Assembly: GCA_965202785.1 (NCBI GenBank) | Contig: OZ241855.1 | Coordinates: 256,001-320,000, forward strand | Reading direction: 5' to 3' | DNA: 64,000 nt | DNA from: Thermodesulfobacteriota bacterium | Lineage (GTDB): Bacteria; Desulfobacterota_D; UBA1144; Nemesobacterales; Nemesobacteraceae | Shown: positions 28,384 to 41,109 of the stretch, in pieces | Position numbering within the stretch: position 1 is the first letter of the stretch | Layout: every line of letters begins with the position of its first letter | Position numbers and translations under genes: made by a program | The notes under the pieces: model-generated | Seen by the model: only the letters and a program-made list of their open reading frames with translations | The model's database searches: none | What the model was told of the DNA's origin: nothing

Positions 28384-29133
28384 TTAACGATTGCTACGGA
28401 TTTTTTCAATCTCGCGAAGCATCTCTTCCCGGACTACACCTTCAAGCTTCTCCCCACCCTCCTTTCCCTTTGGAAAGCTTGCGGTATCTATAGGAGGAAG
28501 AACTCTGACTACAATATCTGTGTCGGTATTAAGTTCGTAGGAACCCTTTTTTCTTATATCCTTGCCTCCCCATATGATCATCGGCACAACCGGCACCCTT
28601 GAAAGCGAGGCCATAAAAAAACCGCCCTGTTTAAAAGGAAGAAGTTCTCCATCCTCGCTTCTTGTGCCCTCAGGAGCAATAACCACCGAAGGTCCATTTC
28701 TTATTTTCCTTACGATTTCCCGGACTTTGTTCGTATCTCCAACCGAACCGTCCCTCGCAACGAAATACTGTCCGCTAAGTACGCACACCCAGCCAATAAA
28801 AGGAATCGAGGCGACTTCATTCTTCATGACCGCCCTCCACTCGAAAGGCAGCACCGCGGAGAAAACAGGTATGTCTAGGGAACTCTGGTGGTTGAACATC
28901 ACTATGAAAGGAGCTTGCGGGAAATTTTCAGTTCCTTTTACGTCAAGCTGAACTCCGCAGGACCAAAGAACTGTTTTTCCCCAAGGCCGAACGGAGCACT
29001 TTATAAGATGCCTTACGGCGAGAAGTGACATCACAACCCCCACACTGCCCCAGAACGCCGTAAACAGGGACGAAAAAATTATCGCCACAAAGCTTCTTAT
29101 TTTATTCATCACTGCTACTCCGTCACGTCGCAA
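28384..29133 (-). CDS. plsC: 1-acyl-sn-glycerol-3-phosphate acyltransferase
   Basis: NHQSSLD, PEGTRS, PFKQG. Confidence 0.88.
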   Translation of the reverse strand: MRRDGVAVMNKIRSFVAIIFSSLFTAFWGSVGVVMSLLAVRHLIKCSVRPWGKTVLWSCGVQLDVKGTENFPQAPFIVMFNHQSSLDIPVFSAVLPFEWRAVMKNEVASIPFIGWVCVLSGQYFVARDGSVGDTNKVREIVRKIRNGPSVVIAPEGTRSEDGELLPFKQGGFFMASLSRVPVVPMIIWGGKDIRKKGSYELNTDTDIVVRVLPPIDTASFPKGKEGGEKLEGVVREEMLREIEKIRSNR

Positions 29134-29155
29134 AAAGAGTCTCCGGGACCCCGGC

Positions 29156-30037
29156 CTATGCGGGAACTATAATGTTTACTCCCTGCTCCTCAATCCGTAT
29201 ATCATGTTTTCCGGAACGAAGAAGGAATGTCTCCCCGTCCATGTGAGCCGGAAGATCGGTAAAGGTTTCAAACCGCAGTTGCTTCGCCCTTACAATACTG
29301 ACCTCTCGAAGTCCCTCGTGGTGACCCTTAAGCACCTTTTGTATCTTAAGAAGCCTCCCCACAGAACTCATGTCACTTATTATATGGATATCAAGATATC
29401 CGTCGAATATATCAGCCCCAGGAGCTAAATTGAACTTTCCACCCTGAAAAGGGCCGTTTGAAGCGCCGAAGAGAAGCAGTTTTTCACCCGCGGCGCCGAC
29501 TTCTCCATCCATCTCGGAGAAAAACCCTTGGAACCGAAATGCCTCGATCACCGCTCCAACAATGTAACCGAAGGAACCGAAGCGCCTGAGCCCTAGCTCT
29601 CCGAAATCATGCGCCACTGCCCCGTCCATCCCTACCCCGAAACCGTTTATAAAGCATTTTTCGTCGACAAAAGCCACATCAGCTTTTCTCGTTCGCCCAG
29701 AGAAGACATTGTCCACCGCCGCACGCGTATCAAGCGGAATACCGGCTGCCTTGGAGAAATCGTTCCCGCTGCCGCCCGGAATAATTCCCAAAATAGCTTC
29801 TGTTCCGCGAATCGAACTTACGATCTCACTTGACGTACCGTCCCCTCCAAGAGAAATCATGTGAGTAAAGCCTTCACGAAGTCCCTCTGTGGCGATCTTT
29901 GCGGCGTGCCCGGGAAATTGCGTAAACCTCACCTCGTGGATAACTTCTTTTGCTTCAAAAGCACTGCGGATCTGCTCAAGCGTTGGGCCAAACGCTTTTC
30001 TGCCCGCTTTGGGGTTCGCTATTACAAGATATTTCAT
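29156..30037 (-). CDS. Diacylglycerol kinase family lipid kinase
   Basis: NPKAG, GGDGT, GSGNDF, DGE. Confidence 0.92.
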   Translation of the reverse strand: MKYLVIANPKAGRKAFGPTLEQIRSAFEAKEVIHEVRFTQFPGHAAKIATEGLREGFTHMISLGGDGTSSEIVSSIRGTEAILGIIPGGSGNDFSKAAGIPLDTRAAVDNVFSGRTRKADVAFVDEKCFINGFGVGMDGAVAHDFGELGLRRFGSFGYIVGAVIEAFRFQGFFSEMDGEVGAAGEKLLLFGASNGPFQGGKFNLAPGADIFDGYLDIHIISDMSSVGRLLKIQKVLKGHHEGLREVSIVRAKQLRFETFTDLPAHMDGETFLLRSGKHDIRIEEQGVNIIVPA

Positions 30038-30159
30038 CTTGTCTTCTTCTTGCTCCCGGAATCGGGGGTTTCGGAACATTATGATACCCTACAACTTGAT
30101 TAATAATTGTTTTTCTGGTATTAAAACCTGATTTGCAAAAGGGATTTGGAGGATAATTA

Positions 30160-31080
30160 ATGACAGAAGAAGTCGCAGTTGGCGAAAAACTCAGCATGAA
30201 AAGCCTGCTTGAAGCGGGAGTTCATTTCGGACACCAGAAAAGTCACTGGAATCCGAAAATGAAATCCTTTATCTTCGGAGCAAGAAACGGCATTCACATA
30301 ATCGATCTTCAGCAGACCGTCACGCTTTTTAACAGGGCGTATACTTTCGTGAAAAACACAGTGGCGGACGGAGGAAACGTTTTGCTGGTGGGGACCAAGA
30401 AACAGGCCAGGGGAATAATCGAGGAAGAATCGGTCCGATGCAGCATGCCCTACATAAACACGCGTTGGCTGGGTGGAACCCTTACTAATTTCAACACGAT
30501 ACGTTCGAGGGTTGATTACCTGCTGGAACTGAAGAAGCTTGAGGAAGACGGGCAGATGGAAATGCTTCCGAAAAGAGAAGCGAAAAACCTTAGAAGGGAG
30601 ATAGTAAAGCTCGAGGGGCTTCTGGGTGGAATAGTAACCATGAGGCGGGCTCCCGATGCTATTTTCGTCGTAGATACAAAAAAAGAGCATATAGCCATAA
30701 AAGAAGCGAGAAACCTCTCGATACCGATTATAGCAATCGTAGACACGAATTGTGACCCCGCAAATGCGGATTATCCGATTCCGAGTAATGACGACGCCAT
30801 AAGGGCGATAAAGCTGTTCACTTCAAAAATAGCGGACGCCTGCATTGAAGGAACTCACATATACCAGGAAAAACTGGTGAGCGGAGAGGTTGAACAGGAA
30901 AAAGAAGACAGCCTTGATGGCGTAGTGGTAGAAAGGAAGGTGTTTGTTTTCAAAGAAGCTGAGTCCGACGATACCGAGGAAAGCTTTGTTTCCGTAGCGA
31001 TATCGGAATCTTCGCAAAGTGAAGACGCCCGGGCACAGAAAGAGATATCGGAGAATACAGAAGACAAAAAAGAGGATTAA
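30160..31080 (+). CDS. rpsB: 30S ribosomal protein S2 with acidic C-terminal extension
   Basis: [27 protein letters not shown]. Confidence 0.98.
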   Translation: MTEEVAVGEKLSMKSLLEAGVHFGHQKSHWNPKMKSFIFGARNGIHIIDLQQTVTLFNRAYTFVKNTVADGGNVLLVGTKKQARGIIEEESVRCSMPYINTRWLGGTLTNFNTIRSRVDYLLELKKLEEDGQMEMLPKREAKNLRREIVKLEGLLGGIVTMRRAPDAIFVVDTKKEHIAIKEARNLSIPIIAIVDTNCDPANADYPIPSNDDAIRAIKLFTSKIADACIEGTHIYQEKLVSGEVEQEKEDSLDGVVVERKVFVFKEAESDDTEESFVSVAISESSQSEDARAQKEISENTEDKKED

Positions 31081-31082
31081 AA

Positions 31083-31679
31083 ATGGCTGAAATCAAGGCA
31101 ACAATGGTAAAGGAGTTGAGAGAAAAGACAGGAGCTCCTTTTATTGACTGCAAGAACGCACTTGTGGAAACCGACGGGGACTTCGAGAAAGCTTCCGAGG
31201 TCCTGAGAATAAAGGGCGTCGCGAAAGCTTCTAAAAAAACTACCAGAAAAACCGACCAGGGAATCATATCCTCATACGTTCACGCGGGCGGCAAGATCGG
31301 CGTAATGCTCGAAGTTAACTGCGAGACGGATTTTGTGGCCAGAAACGACGAGTTTCAGAACCTCTGCAGGGAAGTCGCGATGCAGATAGCGGCAAACAAT
31401 CCTACTTACGTAAAGAAGGAAGAGGTTTCGGAAGAAGAAGTAGAAAATGAAAGGCGGATTCTCAAGGCAGAAGCTATGGAATCGGGAAAACCCGAGAATA
31501 TAGCGGAAAAGATGGTTGCGGGAAGAATAAACAAGTTTTTCGAGGAAATATGCCTTCTTGAGCAGCCCTACATAAGAGACCCCAAGATGAAAGTCGTGGA
31601 CCTTGTAAACAACCTGATAGCCAAGATCGGCGAAAACATAGTTGTAAAAAGATTCGTAAGATACCAGCTGGGCGAATGA
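31083..31679 (+). CDS. tsf: Elongation factor Ts (short form)
   Basis: VKELREKTG, NCETDFVA. Confidence 0.97.
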   Translation: MAEIKATMVKELREKTGAPFIDCKNALVETDGDFEKASEVLRIKGVAKASKKTTRKTDQGIISSYVHAGGKIGVMLEVNCETDFVARNDEFQNLCREVAMQIAANNPTYVKKEEVSEEEVENERRILKAEAMESGKPENIAEKMVAGRINKFFEEICLLEQPYIRDPKMKVVDLVNNLIAKIGENIVVKRFVRYQLGE

Positions 31680-33004
<1,325 letters not shown>

Positions 33005-33016
33005 GAACCGCGCGGA

Positions 33017-34297
33017 TTACCGCCTGATAACCCTTACACCATCCATATAGGGAACCAGCACCTCGGGAATTTCCACCGTTCCCTCTTCGGTCTGGAAATT
33101 CTCAACAATCGCCAGCAGGGCTCTGCCCACAGCCACCCCGGAACCATTAAGAGTATGAAGATAGGCCGGCTTGGAGCCTTTTGATTTTCTGTATCTTATA
33201 TTGGCACGCCTCGCCTGAAACGCCTCAAAATTGCTGCAGGACGATATTTCCCTGTATCTACCTTCGCTCGGTACCCATACTTCAAGATCATAAGTCTTGG
33301 CGGAAGAAAACCCCATGTCTCCCGTGCAAAGAACAACAACCCTGTAAGGAATGCCCAGAAGTTCAAGAATCTTAGCAGCATCAGCAGTCAGCATTTCAAG
33401 TTCCTCGTACGAATTCTCCGGGTCGGCGAAGCGTACAAGCTCCACTTTGTTAAACTGATGCTGCCTTATTATCCCGTGCACGTCCTTCCCGTAAGAACCC
33501 GCTTCCTTCCTGAAGCACGGAGTGTAAGCCACGTATTTAATCGGAAGCATCTCCGCGGGAATTATCTCGTCGCGGTGAATGTTGGTAACGGGAACCTCGG
33601 CAGTGGGAACCAAGTAATAGTCCGTATCGTTAAGCTTGAAAAGATCTTCCTCGAATTTGGGGAGATTCCCCGTTCCAGTAAGACTCTCCGTGTTAGCTAC
33701 GAAGGGAGTGAGGACCTCTGTGTACCCGTGCTGCTTGGTATGAAAATCGAGCATGAAATTTATAAGAGCCCTCTCAAGCCGCGCGCCTGCGTTTTTGTAA
33801 AGCGCAAACCGTGCACCTGCGATCTTCGTCGCCCTAGGAAGATCGAGTATATCGAGCTCAGCCCCCAGCAGCACGTGGTCCTTCACCTCGAAATCAAAAT
33901 CCCTTGGTTCTCCCCACTTCCTTATCTCGACGTTTGCCGTGTCATCTGGACCCTCGGGAACCGAAGAATCGGGCATGTTGGGAACAGTCAGGAGAAACTC
34001 CCTGAGAAGCCCCTCCGCTTCCGCTTTCTTCTCGTTAAGATCTTTTATCTCATCCGAGAGAGCCTTCAGTTCAGGCAGAAGTTCTGAAAGTCCTTGCTGA
34101 TCTCCGGACCTCTTAAGGGCACCCACTTTTCTTGAGCCCTCGTTTCTCCGGTGTTCCAGAGTCTCAACCCTTTTTATTATCTCTTTTCTGCGGGAATTCA
34201 GTACTGTAAATTCCGATAGATCGGTCTCAAAACCGCGGGTAGCAAGTTTTTCACCCACAAGGTCAATATTTCGCTCAATCAATTTAGGATCTAGCAT
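33017..34297 (-). CDS. serS: Serine--tRNA ligase
   Basis: PTAEVP, FRKEAG, RQHQF, EISSCSN, TLNGSG. Confidence 0.98.
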   Translation of the reverse strand: MLDPKLIERNIDLVGEKLATRGFETDLSEFTVLNSRRKEIIKRVETLEHRRNEGSRKVGALKRSGDQQGLSELLPELKALSDEIKDLNEKKAEAEGLLREFLLTVPNMPDSSVPEGPDDTANVEIRKWGEPRDFDFEVKDHVLLGAELDILDLPRATKIAGARFALYKNAGARLERALINFMLDFHTKQHGYTEVLTPFVANTESLTGTGNLPKFEEDLFKLNDTDYYLVPTAEVPVTNIHRDEIIPAEMLPIKYVAYTPCFRKEAGSYGKDVHGIIRQHQFNKVELVRFADPENSYEELEMLTADAAKILELLGIPYRVVVLCTGDMGFSSAKTYDLEVWVPSEGRYREISSCSNFEAFQARRANIRYRKSKGSKPAYLHTLNGSGVAVGRALLAIVENFQTEEGTVEIPEVLVPYMDGVRVIRR

Positions 34298-34475
34298 CTG
34301 AGATACATGCTCCGGCAGAACTTGAAAAAATCAAAAGTCAGGTGTCTAATTCAGGGAATTATATACACTCACAGCCAATATTTTCAAACAGCCAGGGGCT
34401 TTGCACAAAAGGTTCTTTTCGGGTTTAATAACCAAACATACAAAGCTGAAAGAGCGTCAAGAAAGGGAGTAACTA

Positions 34476-35195
34476 ATGAAAATACTGAATAACGGAATAG
34501 AAATAACCTACTTTGGACATTCCACTTTCTCAGTAAAATCGCCCTCCGGAAAAACGGTGATGATAGATCCGTGGATTGAGGGAAACCCATCGTGTCCGGA
34601 GCAGCTTCGTGAAGTCGGTCATGTTGATATCATAGCAGTCACACACGGGCATTTTGATCATATAAGTGACGTGGTTCCTCTATGCAGCAAGTATAACCCC
34701 AAAGTAGTGGCAAACTGGGAGATCTGCGACTGGCTGGGCTCAAAAGGAGTTCAAAACTGCATGCCGTGTAACAAGGGAGGCAACGTGGTCATAGACGGAA
34801 TAAGGTTCACAATGACCCACGCACAGCACAGCAGCAGCATGAAAGAGGAAGACGGAACTGTCATCTATGGCGGGGAACCGGCAGGCTACATAATAAAGTT
34901 TGAAAATGACTACACAATATATCATGCCGGAGATACCAACATTTTCGGCGACATGAAACTTATATCGGAGATATACAAGCCGCAACTGGCAATGCTGCCC
35001 ATCGGAGATCTCTTCACTATGTCTCCGCTTGAGGCATCATACGCATGCAGGCTGCTCAACGTGAAATGGGTCGTCCCCATGCACTACGGAACTTTTCCGC
35101 TCCTGGTGGGAACCCCTGATGAACTGAAGTCGCTGACCAAGGGCATAGATTCGCTGAGTGTGGTTGCCTTGGAGCCGGGACAGCAGATCACATGA
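34476..35195 (+). CDS. Metallo-beta-lactamase fold hydrolase (UPF0173-like)
   Basis: GHS, THGHFDH, YHAGDT, PMHY. Confidence 0.9.
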   Translation: MKILNNGIEITYFGHSTFSVKSPSGKTVMIDPWIEGNPSCPEQLREVGHVDIIAVTHGHFDHISDVVPLCSKYNPKVVANWEICDWLGSKGVQNCMPCNKGGNVVIDGIRFTMTHAQHSSSMKEEDGTVIYGGEPAGYIIKFENDYTIYHAGDTNIFGDMKLISEIYKPQLAMLPIGDLFTMSPLEASYACRLLNVKWVVPMHYGTFPLLVGTPDELKSLTKGIDSLSVVALEPGQQIT

Positions 35196-35269
35196 CTTGC
35201 AAAGGCCTTTTACTTCAGAGCTAAAGGAGCTTTTTTGTCCTCATAAAAAGACAGCTTCATAAAAAAATT

Positions 35270-35956
35270 ATGAAAAACCCGGCAAAATTATTAGTCACCA
35301 TCGTCCTGCTCCTTGCAGTTTCCTGCGGGGGAAAACAGGCGATCTACGAAGGATCGGCAGAGCAACTTAATGACGAAGTGCTTGAAGAACTTAACAAGGA
35401 AGGCGGTTTTCCCTGGATATTCGGCGGAACAAATTACGACAAAGTATTCGACATCCTAAAGGAAATACAGATCCGCTATCCCTATACCAAGTACGCCGCG
35501 CTAGCTGAACTCAGAAGCGGTGATGTTTATTTTAAAAAAAAGGAATACACTCTAGCCGCTGAGGAATACGAAAATTTCATAGCAAACCACCCAGGTCACA
35601 AAGAACTTGATTACGCGATGTATCGCCTCGGACTTTCCTACTATAAGATGAAAGCGGGGAAGGACAGAAACCATTCAAAGCGGCTTCAGTCAATAAAGTG
35701 GTTTACACTGCTTAAGAAGACTTACCCCGACTCCCCGTACGCTGAGCAGATACAGGATAAAATCGAGGAATCCAGAAGAATGCTCGCGGAAAGAGAAATC
35801 TACATAGGGAAATTCTACCAGAAGAAAAAGAACTACGAGGCGGCGGCGAAAAGGTACAGAAATGTTCTTGAAAATTACTCCGACACCGAATACGCCGAGA
35901 AGGCCAGGAAGTTTCTCAGAAAGGTTGAGGAGAAATTATCCGAGCAGTCATCCTAG
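35270..35956 (+). CDS. bamD: Outer membrane assembly lipoprotein BamD
   Basis: Lipobox AVSC, TPR repeats, YPDSPY, IGKFY. Confidence 0.88.
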   Translation: MKNPAKLLVTIVLLLAVSCGGKQAIYEGSAEQLNDEVLEELNKEGGFPWIFGGTNYDKVFDILKEIQIRYPYTKYAALAELRSGDVYFKKKEYTLAAEEYENFIANHPGHKELDYAMYRLGLSYYKMKAGKDRNHSKRLQSIKWFTLLKKTYPDSPYAEQIQDKIEESRRMLAEREIYIGKFYQKKKNYEAAAKRYRNVLENYSDTEYAEKARKFLRKVEEKLSEQSS

Positions 35957-36105
35957 CAACGGGAGAAACCTTTCCCCGAAGCTACAGGCAAACAATCCGC
36001 CACGTGAATTTAACGACGCGATAATTTGCCGGGCGACTGTACGTATCGATCCGCAACGCGCGTCTTGATCAAACAATGTAATTCCACTCAAACAAAAAAA
36101 CAGAC

Positions 36106-36564
36106 ATGGTGAAGACATACAAGCTGCTCGCATATCTGGTTGCGATTATTTTTCTCGCCTCCTGCGGGTCTTCTGATGAAGAGAATATAAATCTAATTTT
36201 GGACAAGAGAATCAAGGCCTTTCAGCTAAAAGACCCTGAAATGTATTCTGAGTGCATACACGAAGATTACAGGGTAGCTTCAGAGGAAGAAGTAATTGAC
36301 AAGCACAAGCTGGTAAGCAGGTTCAAGGATCACGTATCCACCATTGACACGGTATCATTCGGCGAATCCGAAAGATACATATACATCAACGGAACAGACG
36401 CAAGGGTAATGATGCTCTCTTCAATTGACGTAAAGATAGATGATTATTCAATGACGTATAAAGCCAAAGAGGTTATTAACTTATCGAAAGTACTGGGAAA
36501 GTGGAGAATAACCAAAGAGTCTATGCTTAATTTGCTAAGCGGAACTATGATTCTTGATAACTAA
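36106..36564 (+). CDS. Lipoprotein, possibly NTF2-like
   Basis: Lipobox LASC; C-terminal KWRI strand. Confidence 0.6.
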   Translation: MVKTYKLLAYLVAIIFLASCGSSDEENINLILDKRIKAFQLKDPEMYSECIHEDYRVASEEEVIDKHKLVSRFKDHVSTIDTVSFGESERYIYINGTDARVMMLSSIDVKIDDYSMTYKAKEVINLSKVLGKWRITKESMLNLLSGTMILDN

Positions 36565-36567
36565 GAA

Positions 36568-36927
36568 CTAGCCGAATTTCTTTTCAATATCTTCCTGCTC
36601 TTCCTTACACTCTATGCAAAGAGTAGTCTCCGGTCTTGCAATCAGTCTCTGCTCCGAGATCTCCTCTTCACACACCTCACAGATTCCGTAAGAACCATTC
36701 TCAAGTCTCGCGAGCGCGTCGCGTATTTTCCGAAGCAGCTTTCTCTCCCTGTCCCTTTCCCGCAGTTCAAGAACCCTGTTTGACTCGGATAGCGCCCTGT
36801 CAAGCGGATCCGGGAAAGAATTGGAACCCTTGCTCATCCTATCAACAGTATCATATGCAATGCCCAGTATATCGGACATCTTCTGAATCAGGATGGTTCT
36901 TACCGTCTCCCTGGTTTCTGGCTTCAT
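36568..36927 (-). CDS. dksA: RNA polymerase-binding factor DksA (4-Cys zinc finger)
   Basis: DPLDRA tip, CEVC-x17-CIEC. Confidence 0.92.
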   Translation of the reverse strand: MKPETRETVRTILIQKMSDILGIAYDTVDRMSKGSNSFPDPLDRALSESNRVLELRERDRERKLLRKIRDALARLENGSYGICEVCEEEISEQRLIARPETTLCIECKEEQEDIEKKFG

Positions 36928-36999
36928 GAAGAATATTATATATACCTACGTTTTTTTGTAAATTTGACGAAGTGCGACGAATATAGTTGATTATCCGCC

Positions 37000-37887
37000 A
37001 TGGCGAGAATGAAGAGACTTACGATTGAGTTGCCGGGAGAAATGGCTGCACTTGTTTCGGATCTGCTCCTGGGTCTTGAAGCCGGAGCCGTCAGTGAGGA
37101 GCAAAGAGAACACAGAGAACCATTAATTCATGCGTATTTTAAGGAAGAAACGGATCTTGCGGAAATCATAACAAACTTAAGGGAGTTCTCTGCGCTTTTT
37201 GGCGAAAACGCCGAGGTGATGCGATTCACCACCCGATACATCAATCAAGCGGACTGGGAGGGTTGGAAATCCTATTTGAAACCGGTAAGGGCGAGTCGTC
37301 GAATAGTTATCAAACCTCCATGGGAAAAACAATACAAGGCGGAGCAGGGAACCAAGGTAGTTGAAATAAATCCGGGAAACGCTTTTGGTACGGGACATCA
37401 CGAAACAACAAGAATATGCGTAAGTTATCTGGATGAAATTATTGAAAAATCCCCTCGATGTTCTGTCTTTGACGTGGGATGCGGGAGCGGCATTCTGGGT
37501 ATCTGCTCAATTAAACTGGGAGCATACATTTCCTTTTGCGCAGATATTGATTTCAAGGCCGCAAAAGAAACCATCTCGAACTCAGTAAGAAACGCAACTT
37601 CCGACAAGGTAAAAGTCTGGTGTGGTTCTGCGGACTGCACACGGAAAAAATTCGACGTGGTTGTTTCCAACACATCCAAGGATACTCTTATTTCAATGAA
37701 GGAGAATCTAAAAAGGAGACTTCTCCCCCCGGGACATCTTATAGTGTCCGGTATACAGGCAAACGAGAAAAGTGAAGTGGCCGAAATTTACGGAAACTCG
37801 GGTTATGATATTGTCAGCGGGAAGGTCGAGGGCGGATGGGCCGGATTACTCCTGAGGTTAAAAAAAACGAGGAAGCCTGCAAGATGA
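37000..37887 (+). CDS. prmA: Ribosomal protein L11 methyltransferase
   Basis: PGNAFGTGHHETT, DVGCGSGIL. Confidence 0.92.
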   Translation: MARMKRLTIELPGEMAALVSDLLLGLEAGAVSEEQREHREPLIHAYFKEETDLAEIITNLREFSALFGENAEVMRFTTRYINQADWEGWKSYLKPVRASRRIVIKPPWEKQYKAEQGTKVVEINPGNAFGTGHHETTRICVSYLDEIIEKSPRCSVFDVGCGSGILGICSIKLGAYISFCADIDFKAAKETISNSVRNATSDKVKVWCGSADCTRKKFDVVVSNTSKDTLISMKENLKRRLLPPGHLIVSGIQANEKSEVAEIYGNSGYDIVSGKVEGGWAGLLLRLKKTRKPAR

Positions 37888-38933
37888 ACTCCTTTAAAAC
37901 TATAGAATGGAAAGACAACAGAGTCTTAATGATTGACCAGAGAAAGCTTCCAGGGGAGGAAGTCTACGTTGAATGCACTACTTTTGAAGAAGTGGCCGAA
38001 TGCATAAGGAAACTGGTTATCAGGGGAGCACCGGCGATAGGAATAGCGGCCGCCATGGGAATGGCTCTCGGGGCCACGAGTATAGGAAACGATTCCTCCT
38101 ACGAAAACTTCGAAGAGCACATGGAAGCCGTATCGGAGCACCTGGCCCTGACGCGACCGACAGCCGTAAATCTGTTTTGGGCCATCAGCAGAATGAACAG
38201 ACTGATTTCCAAGTGCAGAGGCAAGGAAGTTGAAGAGATAAAAAACCTTCTCATAACCGAGGCAATTAACATACAGAAAGAAGACCTTAAAACATGCATG
38301 CAGATAGGGGAAAACGGATCCAAACTCATAATAGAAAACTCTGTCATCCTCACGCACTGCAACGCCGGAGGACTCGCCACCGCCGGTTATGGGACAGCTT
38401 TAGGGGTAATAAGGTCAGCTTTTAGCCAAGGCAAGAATATAAGCGTAATATCATCAGAGACAAGGCCCGTTCTCCAAGGAGCAAGGCTCACTACGTGGGA
38501 GCTCGAGCGGGATGGAATCCCGGTCCGTCTGATAACCGACAGTATGGCCGGGCATCTGATGAGTAAGGGGATTGTGAATTCGGTCGTGGTCGGGGCTGAC
38601 AGAGTAGCTTCAAACGGAGATACGGCAAACAAGATAGGAACCTACTCCCTCTCCGTCCTAGCTAAGCATCACGACATTCCCTTTTACGTAGCGGCCCCCA
38701 CTTCAACCATAGATACCGAATGCTTAAGCGGAGAGGATATTATAATTGAGCAAAGAGAACCCGAAGAAGTAACGCACATAGACGGGAAACGAATAAGTGC
38801 GGAAGTGACCGCAATCAATCCCGCTTTTGACATTACACCGGCTGAAAATATCGAATGCCTGATAACTGAAGTCGGGTTGTTTAAAAAACCCTATACTAAA
38901 TCTCTCGGCAGACTCAAAAAGAAAGATCAGTAA
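37884..38933 (+). CDS. mtnA: Methylthioribose-1-phosphate isomerase
   Basis: IRGAPAIG, RPTAVNL, THCNAG, ANKIGT; ATG overlaps the prmA stop. Confidence 0.95.
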   Translation: MNSFKTIEWKDNRVLMIDQRKLPGEEVYVECTTFEEVAECIRKLVIRGAPAIGIAAAMGMALGATSIGNDSSYENFEEHMEAVSEHLALTRPTAVNLFWAISRMNRLISKCRGKEVEEIKNLLITEAINIQKEDLKTCMQIGENGSKLIIENSVILTHCNAGGLATAGYGTALGVIRSAFSQGKNISVISSETRPVLQGARLTTWELERDGIPVRLITDSMAGHLMSKGIVNSVVVGADRVASNGDTANKIGTYSLSVLAKHHDIPFYVAAPTSTIDTECLSGEDIIIEQREPEEVTHIDGKRISAEVTAINPAFDITPAENIECLITEVGLFKKPYTKSLGRLKKKDQ

Positions 38934-39406
38934 TCTCCCCTTTCGATTTCCTCCTGGGCTTCGACACTTAGTTTCGTAAAGGGCATGACCATCAGCCTCT
39001 CTTCCCCTATTTTCTCCCCTGTAACTTCGCAGAAACCATATTCCCCGTTTTCAATCCTCTTCAGAGCATCATCTATCTGATGCAGTTTGTTGCGCTCCCT
39101 GTTCGAAAGAGTAAGGGCAAGTTCTCTCTGCCTGTCTTCGGATGCGTGATCATAAAAATCTCCGACATTGAAACGCAGATGATCCGATTCCTCTTTCATT
39201 GATCGGGTTACATCTTTAAGTAGTTCCTCTCTCATCTCTTTAAGCATGGCAGTCATCTGGTTAAGGAACTTCTTTGTATATTTTCTGGGGTTGGTTCTCC
39301 TCGACTTAGCTTTTGTTCCGGTCGCCGTGGAAGAACTTTTCTTCAAGGTCTTTTTTTCCGGTTTTTCCTTTTTTACTCTGGGCACGATGACTCCTCTGGT
39401 AATCAA
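38927..39406 (-). CDS. Second DksA/TraR family protein, zinc-free type
   Basis: DFYDHA tip, CEVT-x17-SVEA. Confidence 0.85.
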   Translation of the reverse strand: MITRGVIVPRVKKEKPEKKTLKKSSSTATGTKAKSRRTNPRKYTKKFLNQMTAMLKEMREELLKDVTRSMKEESDHLRFNVGDFYDHASEDRQRELALTLSNRERNKLHQIDDALKRIENGEYGFCEVTGEKIGEERLMVMPFTKLSVEAQEEIERGDY

Positions 39407-39552
39407 AGTCTAGATTTTTCAAGGGTGAATTAAGATAAAATTATTATTCCTTTTGTCAATACTGGTTATTGCTAATAATTAGGGGGTATTATCTTGTCAT
39501 ATTTCCCGCCTCGGTGATAATATAGTTTTCTCGATCATTACACCCTTCCGAA

Positions 39553-41109
39553 ATGAAAAACGGCTCTAAGAAGAGAGAGGCCTGGGCGACCAAGACAGGC
39601 CTTATATTAGCCATGGCGGGCAACGCCATAGGCCTCGGTAACTTTCTTAGATTTCCAACGCAGGCTGCCGAAAACGGCGGCGGCGCTTTCATGATTCCCT
39701 ATTTCATAGCATTTGTCCTGATAGGAATTCCGATCATGTGGATGGAATGGGGAATGGGAAGGTACGGAGGGTCTCGCGGGCACGGAACAACCCCCGCGAT
39801 ATTCAATCTTTTCTGGAAAAGCCCCGTGTCCAGAACCCTTGGGGTTATAGGACTCTGGATACCCCTTGTCGTATCAATTTACTACGTTTACATTGAATCT
39901 TGGACTTTGGGATACGCTTTGCACTTTCTCCTAGGAAGCAATCCCAGTCTTGATCCGGGGTCAGTTTCAAATGCCGCGGAGTACGTAAAACCCTACAGCA
40001 GCTTTCTTGCCGATTATCTCGGTGCGGGAGACGGCGTGTTCCTTACTCCTTCCAAAATGGCTATTACCGCCTTTGTAATCACAATCGCTGCAAATTTCTA
40101 CATCATGCTGAGAGGAATATCGGGAGGTATAGAGATATTCGTCAAGTATGCCCTCCCCATGCTGTTTGTTCTGGCGATAATACTCGTAGTAAAGACTCTG
40201 ACGCTCAAAACTGATTACGGAACCGCGGTAGAGGGACTTAACTTCCTCTGGAATCCTGACTTTGAAGCCCTTAAAAACCCGAAAGTATGGATAGCGGCGG
40301 CCGGGCAGATTTTCTTCACGCTGAGCCTAGCTTTCGGAGCAATAGTTGCGTACGCATCCTACATAAAGATCGATGATGACGTAACCTTAAGCGGCTTGAC
40401 TTCGGCATCTCTTAACGAAACAGTTGAGGTGATTCTCGGGGGATCAATAGCCATTCCGGCGGCAGTGGCGTTCTTCGGAGTCGCAAGCGTGGTCACCGTA
40501 GCACAATCAGGTGCCTTCAGCTTGGGATTCGTAAGCCTCCCCGCAGTGTTCAGCAGTATTTCGGGAAGCCTAGGAGGGGTTGAGGCGGGCAGAATCTTCG
40601 GATTCTTGTGGTTTTTTCTCCTGTTTTTTGCCGGTATGACCTCGTCCGTAGCTATAGCATATCCCGTAGTAACTTTCCTTCAGGATGAATTCGACATCTC
40701 GAGGCAAAGAGCTGTCGTATACACCATGCTGATAATAATTGTAAGCGTGCTGCCGGTGATACTGATAAGCCAGGTCCTTGACGAATGGGATTTCTGGGCC
40801 GGCACCATAATGCTCGTCGTATTCGGATTCATTGAAATAGTAATGTTCATGTGGGTATTCGGGGCCGATAGGGCTTGGAATGAAATAAACTCGGGGGGAT
40901 TTATACAGGCACCGCGGGTTTTTTACTACATTCTAAAATATCTGACGCCGTTTTTCCTTCTGATTCTCATATCTTGGTGGGGATACAGTAGTCTGCCTTC
41001 GGTAATCGGAGAAACCAGCTGGAATATCTGGTTCGCTAGGCTTTATATTGTGGGGTTGTTTGTTTTCCTTTCAGTTATGGTTTATATTGCCGGTAGGAGG
41101 GAAAGATAA
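39553..41109 (+). CDS. NSS family sodium-dependent amino acid transporter (LeuT-like)
   Basis: [31 protein letters not shown]. Confidence 0.95.
   Translation: MKNGSKKREAWATKTGLILAMAGNAIGLGNFLRFPTQAAENGGGAFMIPYFIAFVLIGIPIMWMEWGMGRYGGSRGHGTTPAIFNLFWKSPVSRTLGVIGLWIPLVVSIYYVYIESWTLGYALHFLLGSNPSLDPGSVSNAAEYVKPYSSFLADYLGAGDGVFLTPSKMAITAFVITIAANFYIMLRGISGGIEIFVKYALPMLFVLAIILVVKTLTLKTDYGTAVEGLNFLWNPDFEALKNPKVWIAAAGQIFFTLSLAFGAIVAYASYIKIDDDVTLSGLTSASLNETVEVILGGSIAIPAAVAFFGVASVVTVAQSGAFSLGFVSLPAVFSSISGSLGGVEAGRIFGFLWFFLLFFAGMTSSVAIAYPVVTFLQDEFDISRQRAVVYTMLIIIVSVLPVILISQVLDEWDFWAGTIMLVVFGFIEIVMFMWVFGADRAWNEINSGGFIQAPRVFYYILKYLTPFFLLILISWWGYSSLPSVIGETSWNIWFARLYIVGLFVFLSVMVYIAGRRER

Noticed and set aside
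34354-34376. GGGAATTA in the serS/hydrolase intergenic region
   Set aside because: The second half of the TIR motif is absent; likely chance in an AT-rich promoter
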